DNA of 64,000 nucleotides from a virus (taxonomy: Duplodnaviria > Caudoviricetes), in the IMG/VR virus record IMGVR_UViG_3300043822_000021, positions 4,641 to 68,640 of that record. One strand, written 5' to 3'. Shown piece by piece: positions 35,716 through 45,395 of the stretch (its first letter is position 1; each line of letters starts with the position of its first letter). A program made the translations under genes and the position numbers. The notes beneath the pieces are model-generated. The model searched no databases. It was not told the DNA's origin and saw nothing but the letters and a program-made list of their open reading frames with translations.

Positions 35716-36168
35716 CTACTTTCCGGTGCTACCAATACCCCCAACACGCTGGCCCTGAGCACAATCATTGTCACAAGTTAAATACTTCATAAAAATCCCT
35801 TGAGCGACACGGTCTCCTTTCTTAATAGCAACAGGTTCATCACCAGTGTTGTAGAGGCCAACCATAATATGGCCTTCGTTATCAGGGTTGTTGTAGTAAT
35901 CGCTGTCAATAATCCCTGTATTGTTGGCCAGCATGAGACCCTTTTTGAAAGCCAAACTTGAACGAATGAAAATAGACAGATATTCGTCATCATTCATGTA
36001 AGCTTTGAGACCTGTAGAGATAACTGTAATTACATGGGGGTAGAGAACATAATAATCAGCGGCTTCCAAATCATATCCGGAACTACCGGATGTCTTACGT
36101 TCTGGAATGTGAATCCCCCTATCGACATAAGACGAAACAACTTCAAATCCTCTTGTTTTTGTAATCAA
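35716..36168 (-). CDS. dut: Trimeric dUTPase
   Basis: SGYDL, RSSL, GIIDSDYYN, RVAQGIF and RVGGIGSTG (motifs I-V). Confidence 0.95.
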   Translation of the reverse strand: MITKTRGFEVVSSYVDRGIHIPERKTSGSSGYDLEAADYYVLYPHVITVISTGLKAYMNDDEYLSIFIRSSLAFKKGLMLANNTGIIDSDYYNNPDNEGHIMVGLYNTGDEPVAIKKGDRVAQGIFMKYLTCDNDCAQGQRVGGIGSTGK

Positions 36169-36563
36169 AGCGCATCTGCCACCTTTTCTTTTACAGTTTT
36201 TTCAAACTCTTTTAAATCATTGCCGATAAACACTGTATCCGTGCATGGGTAAAACACGGTGAATAATATACCGCTGGAATTGATAACACATTGCGTCGAA
36301 CCAATCGGCGTTTTTTCTTTCGCAATATATACTACCGGGCCATAAATTCCTAACGATTTGGAAGCGAGGATATCTCCAATACGAACTTCATCTGCCCTTT
36401 CACGAAGTCTTGAAATGGCGATTTTTGCCCCAGTGATTTCATCGAACTTGTCTACGGGATTACATTTCGCAACCCCCTTTTTACCGGTTTTAGGGTCAAT
36501 AGCAATTGTGTATTTGTCGTTATAGATAATCTTAATTTCCTTGCCAGTGAACTTTTTCTTCAT
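36165..36563 (-). CDS. Hypothetical protein
   Basis: GVAKCNPVDKFD...GAKIAI.R motif common in Firmicute phages. Confidence 0.65.
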   Translation of the reverse strand: MKKKFTGKEIKIIYNDKYTIAIDPKTGKKGVAKCNPVDKFDEITGAKIAISRLRERADEVRIGDILASKSLGIYGPVVYIAKEKTPIGSTQCVINSSGILFTVFYPCTDTVFIGNDLKEFEKTVKEKVADAL

Positions 36564-36574
36564 ATTTGTTCCTC

Positions 36575-37003
36575 CTAAACTCGACCTACTATTTTATCTT
36601 GTGGCTTGCTCATTCTTCGTACACAAGCCTCATATATCATCTTACAGTCAAAGTATATTCTGCTTAGTAGTTTGGCATTGGCCTCAACGTATTTGGTCTG
36701 CTTAATCGACTCAGAGTATTCTTTCCATGCCCTGATTACTTCTGGATCAAATGCGGCCATGCGGTTACCGTTTGTAGGCTTATCGGAAAGTTCGCAACTT
36801 CTCCTCGCCTCGGTGGCTTTTGCCATTCTTTCTTTATCGGCGGCCAGCTTATAACAATCCGCCAACATTTCTTCAAAATTCGATTGGAGAATGGAGGAAT
36901 CTCTCATAATAGAGAAAGCCTCCAATTCATCCGTATCGGTAAGGACTGAATACCTACAAGATATCTCGTTTATCATTTCCAGCAGTTCTTCGTAGTTATC
37001 CAT
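36575..37003 (-). CDS. Helical hypothetical protein (possible recombination mediator)
   Basis: 142-aa all-helical ORF in the recombination cluster; function is a guess. Confidence 0.55.
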   Translation of the reverse strand: MDNYEELLEMINEISCRYSVLTDTDELEAFSIMRDSSILQSNFEEMLADCYKLAADKERMAKATEARRSCELSDKPTNGNRMAAFDPEVIRAWKEYSESIKQTKYVEANAKLLSRIYFDCKMIYEACVRRMSKPQDKIVGRV

Positions 37004-37013
37004 GCCTATTCAC

Positions 37014-37265
37014 TCACCCCTGATGGTTCACTCCTCCAAAGAATACCGGTTCGTGAGTACTGATGTTTCTTGCCGCTGTCAGAATATAATCCCTTGCGGA
37101 ATCTTCATCATCACACTCTGCCAGTGTTTCATTACGACCGGTAAGTGTGCAACCCACGACTTTATAACCCTTAACTTTGTTCAGGTCTTCTGTATCCTTT
37201 ACAGGGCGGATAAATACAGAAGCGCAATCAATCAGTTTCTTGCCATTGTCACTAAGAATAATCAT
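37014..37265 (-). CDS. Hypothetical protein
   Basis: 83-aa ORF. Confidence 0.55.
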   Translation of the reverse strand: MIILSDNGKKLIDCASVFIRPVKDTEDLNKVKGYKVVGCTLTGRNETLAECDDEDSARDYILTAARNISTHEPVFFGGVNHQG

Positions 37266-37969
37266 TTACAATACTCCTCCTTAAAGAAATCATACGTTTC
37301 TTCTCTTAAAAAGATTAGCGGCTGTGAATACGGTTTAGTAACAACCACCATATCAGAATCATCTTGGTCGAAATAAGAATGAAGTTTTTTGAACCTCTTA
37401 TCTTCTACATCAACCGGTTGTTCATCGGGTAATACTCCATGGACGAGATATTCAAACAGTTGCCACCTCAATCCATAGCAAAACCCATCTATATGAATTA
37501 CGCCCTTGTCCAGTAGGCGATACCACGCATCTGAACGGATATTCCGCTTGCACTCGACTCTCAGCGTCTTGTTGTCATTTATAGTAATGCGGATATCCCC
37601 TGCAACCTTATCTTTCATATTACCGATAAGATTGTTGGCCTTTAAGGCCCCGGATAAAGGTGTTCTTTCTGCTTTCAGGCCGATATCATTGAGAAGCTTC
37701 TCGACCTGTCTTTCAGCGGCCCTGCCATTTCTACGGTTGGCCTTCCCCCTTTTGGAAGCGTCTGCCAGTCTCTTTATCTTACGCTCCGCAACTTTTTTCT
37801 CTTTCTTGGCCAGTTGCCTAGGGGATTTGATGTGTATGTCATACGGCTGGTAGTCGGAATAATCTTCACACCAACCGCAATCATACCTATGAGCACAGTT
37901 CTGCTTAACGGAACATTTTTCTGATGAGTTCGTCAAGTTCATCCTCGCATTCACTGGCAGGTCTATCAT
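37262..37969 (-). CDS. Holliday junction resolvase-like PD-(D/E)xK nuclease
   Basis: GRAAERQV...RTPLSGA...GDI...VECKR, Hjc-type. Confidence 0.75.
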   Translation of the reverse strand: MIDLPVNARMNLTNSSEKCSVKQNCAHRYDCGWCEDYSDYQPYDIHIKSPRQLAKKEKKVAERKIKRLADASKRGKANRRNGRAAERQVEKLLNDIGLKAERTPLSGALKANNLIGNMKDKVAGDIRITINDNKTLRVECKRNIRSDAWYRLLDKGVIHIDGFCYGLRWQLFEYLVHGVLPDEQPVDVEDKRFKKLHSYFDQDDSDMVVVTKPYSQPLIFLREETYDFFKEEYCK

Positions 37970-38276
37970 CCATCATGATTTCCTTCAGGCGAGCTTTGTC
38001 TGCATCTCCTCCCGGCATAATACCAATCAGATCATTGACAAAATCATTAATATCGCCTATCGCTTTCTTGTGACATTCTTCCATGGCATCAAGTAATTCT
38101 TCCGGGCTGATGCCAACTAGGTCACTAAGAATCAACAACATAATGCCGCTAAATTCTTCTTCTGTTATGCCACCGCCATCTACGGTGATTTTACCTTTGT
38201 TAATATCGAAATCAATTACGATTCTACCCTTCGGTAAACTTGACGAATCTTTTACTTTCATTCCTTTGATATCCAT
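37905..38276 (-). CDS. Hypothetical acidic protein
   Basis: Start placed at MDIKGMK, just after the exonuclease stop. Confidence 0.55.
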   Translation of the reverse strand: MDIKGMKVKDSSSLPKGRIVIDFDINKGKITVDGGGITEEEFSGIMLLILSDLVGISPEELLDAMEECHKKAIGDINDFVNDLIGIMPGGDADKARLKEIMMDDRPASECEDELDELIRKMFR

Positions 38277-38277
38277 G

Positions 38278-39153
38278 CTACATTTCTCCTTTGCAATACT
38301 GCGCCACAGCGCAAAACTTAGAACATTTATTCCCATGCCAGCATTCATGCGGTTTGCATGGTGGAGGCATAACACCTGTTTCCAAGGCCTTCAGTAAATC
38401 ACTGGCCTTCTTCTTCATATATTTACGCATCCAGTTATCAGAAATCTTTCCGACTTCTACTAGATATGCGTTATCGTAAATACCCCTGCTATTGGCCATA
38501 TATGTATTGCCATCACGCACAATCATTTCACAAACCATTTTGTCCACTGGCAACTTCAAGATTTTTTCAATTTTCATGCGGTAATCATTCATCTGGACTG
38601 CCAAGTCAAAATCATGCTTAACATTCCCGGATGTGTATACCGTTTTATATCTTGGCTTGCCGTTTTTGTAGTGCCCCACCAACACTTTCTTACTCTGTAT
38701 ACCAAGGTATTTGGCTACGACGAACGATGAGTATGTCTTATAATCGTATAGTGTTTTTGTCACTGGATCGTAGTAGTCGAACGCCCCAGTCGATATACCG
38801 TCGTCCAGTCTTTGTTCCCCCAATTCGTCTGGTGACATGCCATTTTCCAAGTTAGCATGTACGTGAGTACCATGTAGGGCGAACATCATGGATTTTGGGT
38901 CTATGGCGTAATCCTTTGTAAGCATCAGATACGCCTCTCTGGTGCCCCTGAGTAACTGTGTTGTAGACGGCTTTCCCGTCCACTCTCTTTGATTCGACAC
39001 CTCCCTCAGTGTTGGAAGAGAAAGACATCTGCCACATGGAACATACGGCATCCCGTTCACAGGGTTTATTTTGCCGACCAACCGGCACTCTTTAAAGCAA
39101 TCTTCAATTTTTATTTTGCCTGCGTCTGGGCACAAAAACGATGTATATGGCAT
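38278..39153 (-). CDS. Cas4-like PD-(D/E)xK exonuclease
   Basis: G..FD...YDYKT, QMNDY, and Cys clusters at both ends (CGRC; C..C...C..FC...YC). Confidence 0.78.
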   Translation of the reverse strand: MPYTSFLCPDAGKIKIEDCFKECRLVGKINPVNGMPYVPCGRCLSLPTLREVSNQREWTGKPSTTQLLRGTREAYLMLTKDYAIDPKSMMFALHGTHVHANLENGMSPDELGEQRLDDGISTGAFDYYDPVTKTLYDYKTYSSFVVAKYLGIQSKKVLVGHYKNGKPRYKTVYTSGNVKHDFDLAVQMNDYRMKIEKILKLPVDKMVCEMIVRDGNTYMANSRGIYDNAYLVEVGKISDNWMRKYMKKKASDLLKALETGVMPPPCKPHECWHGNKCSKFCAVAQYCKGEM

Positions 39154-39257
39154 TTCGTCCTCCTTTTTATTTTACTTCAAGTTGTGAGTATTAGAAGCTA
39201 CAGAGGTGATGTGATTTCTTGATTGATTTATTTTGTACTTCCTCAACTCACAACTAG

Positions 39258-39286
39258 ATTATATCATGTTTACTTCATGTTGTCAA
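39258..39286 (-). promoter_or_regulatory. Consensus sigma70/sigmaA promoter
   Basis: TTGACA-17 nt-TATAAT on the minus strand, upstream of the exonuclease operon. Confidence 0.85.
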
Positions 39287-39302
39287 GTTTATTTACTTCA
39301 TG

Positions 39303-41525
39303 TTATGCGTAATTTTCTTCAAGGCGAGATGTTTCTTTATCGTATCTGAACTCAGCTAAGTTAGGCCCATACATACCATCACGTGCCTTATCTATTTTAA
39401 GACGGGTAATATTCTCCAATTCTTCCTTTTCCCCGATATCGAGGTTCGGGTCTCTTGCAGGCCTCCAGAGCAGGAACACATAGTCAGCAGATGCTTCTAA
39501 GTCACCCGTGCTCTTTAACTGGCTCATAGTCGGTTCGTCATATGTAGATGCTCCACGGTTCAGCTGAGACAGCATAACGAAGATGATATTGTTATCTTTC
39601 GCCATACCCTTCATTTTCTTTGCCGCCGTTGACGCATCTTCAAAGGTAGATGTCCCCTGCATATATCCGAAGTAGTCAACAAACACAATGTCCACTGGCC
39701 CACCTAACACGTTTTTACTATTCACCAGTTTGATACGTTCATTTATATCGTCGATGCTAAGATGGTTGCCATCAAATACAAGCATACGTTCCTGCAATTT
39801 AGCGATGGCCTTATTTACCATCATATCATCACTAGCAACGTAGCCTTCAACTTCCCCAATCGAGCAACCTATCAGCTTAGCCACGACACGTTCAATGAGC
39901 TTGCCTTTAGGCATTTCTAGGCTAAAGAAGATGGCTCTCATATTATTCTGGCAGATAGCACGGAGCATGAACTCAATGGCAAAATCCGTGTTGTGTGTAA
40001 CAATATAATCACCACACAGGTATGTGTGTTCAGGACTATCTACTGTTATGCACTGCATTTCCTCCTCTCTCCCCAAATCAATTATGTCAGAAATCAGAAG
40101 GACATCAGAATTCCTTTCTGCAACTACTTCATCCTTTTCATTCCACTGTTTATTTCTAAGTTCGCTACTAAACCATTTTGATGATTTGCGCTGGATAGAT
40201 ACTGTGTACTCAAACGTTCCATCGTCATTCATAAGAGATCTGATATAACATCTGCTCCCCAAGCTACGCACAAGTTCTGCAACGTCATTAGCTAATCTAG
40301 GGCTAGAAGTGAAGAATAATGTCTGCCCTCTTTTTCTAACTGTCCCATCTGTGTCTATTAACCCTTTTAATAATTCCATCCTATTTTTTATAGAGTCATT
40401 CATATATTCAAATGGGATAAACTTATCTTTAGATGACGCACCATTAAAAGTCTTCCTAATATAGTTAACTAATTTATTGTTCCTGCCACCACGGAAACAT
40501 AATTGGTTAGGCTGGCCTTTGTGCTCATGCCAAGTGCCATATGCCGACGTTTCCGTTATAACATGAGAGCGTATATCTTTTTCAGGGTTAGTGAATGTTA
40601 TCTGTTTACAGGTAAACCCGCCATCGCCAAGTAAAGCCCCCATGGTATATGGTGGAATAACATGTTCCCTGTTATCAAACTCAACTGCTTTAGCCACAGG
40701 GATACACAAATTTTTTGTTCCATCCGTTCTATGTATTTTATAATTTACAACCATATCTTTTAGCGACATAACCTTCCATTTCCTGCCTTTAACCAAATCA
40801 TCTTTTGTTTTAAATTTCCATAAATGCTCCGAACAACAGTTGACGTAAGTTCCATCTTCAAACACCACCCTATACACATGCTTTTTCCCTTGAGGGAATA
40901 TTGCCCTTACATGGCATACATCCCCATTTTCATCTATTACTTCATCTCCAATGTTTATATTTTTCATTTCTTTGTAGCCAGTAGGGGTAATTATTCTGGT
41001 ATCTAACGTTAACGCCTTGCCTGTACCAGCGGTTGCCCCAACAACTATAACCTGTTTCTTCTCCACTCTCCTGATACAGTTATCAATCTGCTGGAAGTGT
41101 GTCGGAAATCCACCTGTCCTGTATATGGACTTTAAGTCATTGATGCATCCCGTAACATCAGACGCCTCAGCAAGAATATCGTCACTATCTTTCCCCACCG
41201 TATCGAAGTATTCTTTCAGTGTTTCATAGTCTTTATCCCATTTTTTAGCCATTTCCTTGATTATATCAAGGCGGATGAGACCAGACCTGACAGTAGGAAG
41301 ATATTCCTCAACGACATGGTATTTTTCTTCTTCCGTGGAACATTTGCCAACCAGATAGTCAACTACATACCGGTCGATGTGTAACGTTTCCAACTTTGAT
41401 GGGTCGATACCCTCAAGGAGCATATCATTCATGTCCTTGCATGAGTCAGGAACTAAAGCCACACGAACCTGTCTATCAGGGCAGATGGCATTGAAGTAAT
41501 CACGGACTCTGGGAACTCTTTTCAT
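39303..41525 (-). CDS. DnaB-family replicative helicase with intein; its N-terminus is the tail of a TOPRIM domain
   Basis: GATAGTGK|T Walker A split by an intein; FSLEM, VFVDYFG, LSQLNR and LKSTGDLEASAD motifs; N-terminal VRVALVP..CKDMND. Confidence 0.9.
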   Translation of the reverse strand: MKRVPRVRDYFNAICPDRQVRVALVPDSCKDMNDMLLEGIDPSKLETLHIDRYVVDYLVGKCSTEEEKYHVVEEYLPTVRSGLIRLDIIKEMAKKWDKDYETLKEYFDTVGKDSDDILAEASDVTGCINDLKSIYRTGGFPTHFQQIDNCIRRVEKKQVIVVGATAGTGKALTLDTRIITPTGYKEMKNINIGDEVIDENGDVCHVRAIFPQGKKHVYRVVFEDGTYVNCCSEHLWKFKTKDDLVKGRKWKVMSLKDMVVNYKIHRTDGTKNLCIPVAKAVEFDNREHVIPPYTMGALLGDGGFTCKQITFTNPEKDIRSHVITETSAYGTWHEHKGQPNQLCFRGGRNNKLVNYIRKTFNGASSKDKFIPFEYMNDSIKNRMELLKGLIDTDGTVRKRGQTLFFTSSPRLANDVAELVRSLGSRCYIRSLMNDDGTFEYTVSIQRKSSKWFSSELRNKQWNEKDEVVAERNSDVLLISDIIDLGREEEMQCITVDSPEHTYLCGDYIVTHNTDFAIEFMLRAICQNNMRAIFFSLEMPKGKLIERVVAKLIGCSIGEVEGYVASDDMMVNKAIAKLQERMLVFDGNHLSIDDINERIKLVNSKNVLGGPVDIVFVDYFGYMQGTSTFEDASTAAKKMKGMAKDNNIIFVMLSQLNRGASTYDEPTMSQLKSTGDLEASADYVFLLWRPARDPNLDIGEKEELENITRLKIDKARDGMYGPNLAEFRYDKETSRLEENYA
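39990..41015 (-). mobile_element. Class 3 intein (342 aa) with LAGLIDADG homing endonuclease
   Basis: Starts ALTLDT (Ala1); block B EHLW, block F MQCITV, ends IVTHN|T. LAGLIDADG motifs GALLGDGG and KGLIDTDG. Confidence 0.9.
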
Positions 41526-42301
41526 CCCTCTTCATCATTGTCAGGGACGAGGATAATAGTAACATCTTTCTTCAGATATCTGGTAAGGGTCTTTATCTGG
41601 TCACGATGAAGTTCGTTACCACAATATGCCACAACTGGAAGCCCCATCTGATAACCGCTGATGGCATCCATATACCCTTCAACGACATAAATACGATCAT
41701 TGATGAGTTTGAACGCCTTATCCAGATTGAATAAGAACGCCGACTTATCGTACAGTTCATTGTTGTATGAATTGATGTACTTCGGTTTCTTGTCAAACTG
41801 GCGCTTAGCTATGGCCACGCATCTGCCATTGGCATCATGGAGGGGGATGCAGACTCCCCCATCCACTCCACCCAGACCGAACGCATTAATCGTTTCGTCT
41901 GTAAAGCCTCGTTTTTGTTTCAGGTATTCTTCTACTTTATACAGGTTTTTAATCCCATATTCCTTTTTACTCGTCATAGTCTGTTCGACGGATTTGCACT
42001 TTTGGTACGATTCATCGTCTTTCAGGTTGATGTTAAGGTATGCCGCCAGTCGTTCCAAGGCGGCTGTGTAGGATATATGTTCAAAATCAGACAAGAAGTT
42101 AATCACATTCCCTGCGCTATTGCAGGAGTAACAGCAGTACAGTCCAGTGTCACTGATGTACATAGAGCTTTGATTGTCACTGCCGTGTATCGGGCATTTG
42201 CACCTCCAGCCATTAGATACTCTTATTAAATCAGCCTTTGCGTATGTGCGTATAAACTCTGCTAAATCTATCTTTTGCATGATGATACTAGCGATATCCA
42301 T
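41522..42301 (-). CDS. DnaG-type primase (CHC2 zinc finger + TOPRIM), broken at DNDEEG
   Basis: CPIH...CYSC, KYINS, VEGYMDAI and VPDND motifs; the ORF stops immediately after the DxD motif. Confidence 0.88.
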   Translation of the reverse strand: MDIASIIMQKIDLAEFIRTYAKADLIRVSNGWRCKCPIHGSDNQSSMYISDTGLYCCYSCNSAGNVINFLSDFEHISYTAALERLAAYLNINLKDDESYQKCKSVEQTMTSKKEYGIKNLYKVEEYLKQKRGFTDETINAFGLGGVDGGVCIPLHDANGRCVAIAKRQFDKKPKYINSYNNELYDKSAFLFNLDKAFKLINDRIYVVEGYMDAISGYQMGLPVVAYCGNELHRDQIKTLTRYLKKDVTIILVPDNDEEG

Positions 42302-42320
42302 TAAGAGGTGCCTCCTTCAC

Positions 42321-42554
42321 TTAAAGCTTAGGGAACTGAATAATCTTGCCTTCGGTGTTTGCCGCATTCATTATCTTAGCCTGTTTTACTACATCTTCGT
42401 AGACGCCCTTCATGGCTAAGTAATGGACTTCTACGGCAGATTCATCGAATTTGTTTTCTTTAGCGTTGATATAATCACCAACAGACATGACCAAACCATT
42501 GATAAGTCGATTCATCTTTTCAGCGTTCTTTTCGTTTTCGTACATACAAGTCAC
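42321..42554 (-). CDS. Hypothetical protein
   Basis: 77-aa ORF ending GKIIQFPKL. Confidence 0.6.
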   Translation of the reverse strand: MTCMYENEKNAEKMNRLINGLVMSVGDYINAKENKFDESAVEVHYLAMKGVYEDVVKQAKIMNAANTEGKIIQFPKL

Positions 42555-42865
42555 TCCTTTAAGTTCAACACCATCTCTATTGAGTATGGCACATTATCTG
42601 CGAACCTTGGCATCATGGACTTTTCATGTTGTACATGTTCCTCTTGCCGATGGTACGCTTCACAATTATACAAGTCTGTAAGAGAGGCACCTCTTTGCAT
42701 TGGATACTTCTTAATATATCGAAGTAAGTTACGAACCGTCAAGTCATCCTTGCTATCGAAGTGATTCATTACTCGCTTGTAGTTCGGGCTGTCTCTGCCC
42801 TTCAATCCCATTGTCTGATACAGGTATTCCCGTACCAGTAAGTCTTGATTCTCGAACCGTGTCAT
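42551..42865 (-). CDS. Hypothetical protein
   Basis: 104-aa ORF with an AGGAAG RBS upstream of the primase. Confidence 0.6.
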   Translation of the reverse strand: MTRFENQDLLVREYLYQTMGLKGRDSPNYKRVMNHFDSKDDLTVRNLLRYIKKYPMQRGASLTDLYNCEAYHRQEEHVQHEKSMMPRFADNVPYSIEMVLNLKE

Positions 42866-42929
42866 AGTATCTTCCTTTCTGCACTATATTCGTACTACAA
42901 GGTATTTTGTCCATAGATTAGTGATACAT

Positions 42930-43345
42930 TGTCCATCTCTCCTTTCTCGTGGGGGAAGGGGGGCGGCGGAACTGGGGGTTAGGGGCAAGTCTTTTCAAGA
43001 CTTTAACGGAGCTCCAATGCTTTCCGCTCCTAAAACATTGAAAAACATATTCCAAGGAAAAATCAAACCACGAATCACTTCGTGATTCTTTTAATCCTCG
43101 TCTTCGACTCGGATTATCAATCCGGTAATCAATTAATCAATTCATTCTTAACATTTTTACTATCCTCTCTAAAACATGATAGAAAGAGATGGGATAGATT
43201 GAAATAACAGGATTAAATAAGTTACCAATTTTTGATATGCCATACTTCACATTTTGTTACTGGTGGCATATCAACCATTGGCATGTCACATTTTTTGCAA
43301 CCTCTAGGAATCAATATTAAATAAGTTACCAATTTTTGTTGATGG
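42930..43345. other. Putative replication origin
   Basis: Non-coding. 22-bp direct repeat TTAAATAAGTTACCAATTTTTG (43213, 43317), GGCAT/CACATTTT repeats, an AT-rich tract and a G-rich tract; lies downstream of the initiator-like gene. Confidence 0.5.
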
Positions 43346-43351
43346 ACATCA

Positions 43352-43924
43352 CTAGAGCATAAGTTCCTCTGGTGAGACGTAATCTGGCCCGTAGTTTTCG
43401 TAGTGACTACTGCAAATGTCATCACAATAAACTTCTTCAACTTGCATGTCACTTTCACAAATCTCTTCACCATCATGGACATCATCATCTTCTCTGCCTA
43501 ATGGGATTCTCCATTTATCATAGTTATTTATTCTATATTGTTTTACTATGTTGCCGTTGTATATATACTTGCCTTCTTCAACTATCCCAAAATTCATCAG
43601 CTCTTTCATGCCACTTCTTACCGTGTTGTATGATATGTGCAACATATGCGCTATGGAATAAGCTGGCTTTATGCATATTGGAGAATTACCCAATCTTATA
43701 GTTGGTAAGAACATAGCAATTAGTTTTGTTGATGTCTTCAAATTGGATGTCATTAGTTTTTTAAAATACTCATGGTCATATTTAAATATCTCACTTGGAT
43801 CAAATTGATTCGATATCCTACAAGAGAAGGTTGAGCCATTTTCATATACATATGTGCAATTTGATGTTAATTTATCAATTTTCTTTGTTTTTATGTCACA
43901 TTTCATTTTAAAATCCTCCTCCAC
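43352..43924 (-). CDS. Replication initiator-like HTH protein
   Basis: SIAHMLHISYNTVRSGMKELMNFGIV winged-HTH pattern. Confidence 0.55.
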   Translation of the reverse strand: MEEDFKMKCDIKTKKIDKLTSNCTYVYENGSTFSCRISNQFDPSEIFKYDHEYFKKLMTSNLKTSTKLIAMFLPTIRLGNSPICIKPAYSIAHMLHISYNTVRSGMKELMNFGIVEEGKYIYNGNIVKQYRINNYDKWRIPLGREDDDVHDGEEICESDMQVEEVYCDDICSSHYENYGPDYVSPEELML

Positions 43925-44166
43925 TTCGCCGTACCAAAAAACGTTATGGACTCTATATACCCTTTGTCCTCTAAACTAGTCAACACACGAGTTATCGTTC
44001 TCGTAGTTATAAGCGGACAAGCCCTGTGTATTTCCGAAACAGGAAGGCATGTGTAGGAGTGCCCCTTAATCGGGACACTCTTTTCTGCACATTTAGCCTT
44101 TATCACGGAATACACGGCGGCGGCACTCATTCCGCAATCTCTCCATACATCCGTGCTGATTTCCAT
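43903..44166 (-). CDS. Winged-HTH protein
   Basis: AAAVYSVI...TITRVLTSLEDKGYI. Confidence 0.65.
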   Translation of the reverse strand: MEISTDVWRDCGMSAAAVYSVIKAKCAEKSVPIKGHSYTCLPVSEIHRACPLITTRTITRVLTSLEDKGYIESITFFGTAKWRRILK

Positions 44167-44175
44167 GCTTCCTCC

Positions 44176-44952
44176 TTATGCACTAACTGTATCCAATACT
44201 CCCTGAGCGGCGTTCTTGATGTCCTGACGGAACTGAGAGCTGGACACGACCCACCGGAGATAACCGAAGTCATGTACCTTGGATACAGGCTGGCCTTTAT
44301 ACTTGCCACTAGGGAACGTAATCTCAGCACTGCCTACCGGTTCAGACATCGTACTTTCCATTGGTTCCGGATATTCACCAGCAAACGGGTCATCATATTC
44401 ACTTGGATATTCACTGGGAGCGCTTACTGCTTCCTGTACAGGGGGTTCCGCCTGATTACTCCCTTTGGGCATCGCCCAAGACGGAAGTTTTGGAACCTGT
44501 GTAATATTACCCCACTGGTCAATAGGAACCCAAGTCTGCGGAAGGTCGTACAGATATCTACCGATGCCACATGCCGCCGCTACCCGCTTAAATGAATCAC
44601 TAATACCACCCTTTACGGATTCAAAATCCGTTATGTTAGCTCCATCCTGCTTGGTAATACATCCTCCTTCCGGTAGCTCAATTTTGATAGTAGCAAAGAA
44701 ACCTTTAAGTGTTTTCTGTACTTCTCCGTTATATGTACTTACTGTAATTGTCCCCATGTCGATTGGAGTATATGAGACACTCCATTTATCTGGCCCAGCT
44801 ACTGCATCCAGCCTTTTCTGGACTGCTCTACCATCTATGTATGCAAATGCTAAGCCTTTTGTCTTGTCTTTGCTTTTCTTTCCTACTCGCCATAGGATTT
44901 CTTCCGGTTTAAACGGGGCCGTCAATTTTTCGATGAATTCTTTGTTAGTCAT
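44176..44952 (-). CDS. Rad52/Sak-family single-strand annealing protein
   Basis: LTAPF.PEEI.WR, YIDGRAVQKRLD, KGGISDSFKR.A..CGIGRYLY; C-terminal FPSGKYKG small domain. Confidence 0.9.
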   Translation of the reverse strand: MTNKEFIEKLTAPFKPEEILWRVGKKSKDKTKGLAFAYIDGRAVQKRLDAVAGPDKWSVSYTPIDMGTITVSTYNGEVQKTLKGFFATIKIELPEGGCITKQDGANITDFESVKGGISDSFKRVAAACGIGRYLYDLPQTWVPIDQWGNITQVPKLPSWAMPKGSNQAEPPVQEAVSAPSEYPSEYDDPFAGEYPEPMESTMSEPVGSAEITFPSGKYKGQPVSKVHDFGYLRWVVSSSQFRQDIKNAAQGVLDTVSA

Positions 44953-45023
44953 AATATCCTCCTATTATTAAAAATACTTCAAGTTTAGAGTAATTTAGGG
45001 CATAAATAACCTTGCAACCAAGG

Positions 45024-45194
45024 TTATTGACAATAAAGCGGTGATATTTTCATTTCCCATGTCGTACCCTCATACTCCATAGACTCACTAAAACTTTTGA
45101 TAAGTGCAAATGCGTCTTTCATATCAGACGCTTCATAGCACTCCGGGACAGTAGACCCGGCCTCCGTTACCTGCACCAAAATCTTTTTATTCAT
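45024..45194 (-). CDS. Small hypothetical protein (56 aa)
   Basis: Manual translation MNKKILVQVTEAG...; start overlaps the xis stop. Confidence 0.55.
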   Translation of the reverse strand: MNKKILVQVTEAGSTVPECYEASDMKDAFALIKSFSESMEYEGTTWEMKISPLYCQ

Positions 45195-45349
45195 ATTTCC
45201 CTCGCCTCCAGAAACTTCTCCACATCCTGTGGCCTAAATCGGATTACCCTGTCAGATACCCTGATACATGGGAGCAAGTGCTGTGACACCAATCGTCGCA
45301 CCTGCTGAGTGGAAATCTTTAGGTACACGGCAACGTCCTTGGTTGTCAT
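45191..45349 (-). CDS. Excisionase-like HTH protein
   Basis: Manual translation MTTKDVAVYLKISTQQVRRLVSQHLLPCIRVSDRVIRFRPQDVEKFL matches the Xis/HTH_17 pattern; divergent from the integrase. Confidence 0.85.
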   Translation of the reverse strand: MTTKDVAVYLKISTQQVRRLVSQHLLPCIRVSDRVIRFRPQDVEKFLEAREI

Positions 45350-45395
45350 CAGTATGATGTTTTCCTCCTTTCTTTTTAACTCATCTTACGATGTA

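Noticed and set aside
38278-39153. Cas4-like gene as evidence of a CRISPR system
   Set aside because: There is no array or other cas gene; stand-alone Cas4-like exonucleases are common in phage recombination modules.
43222-43488. 88-aa minus-strand ORF (MMMSMMVKR...)
   Set aside because: It overlaps the initiator gene and the iteron-like repeats and has an odd composition; it was treated as a by-product of origin sequence.
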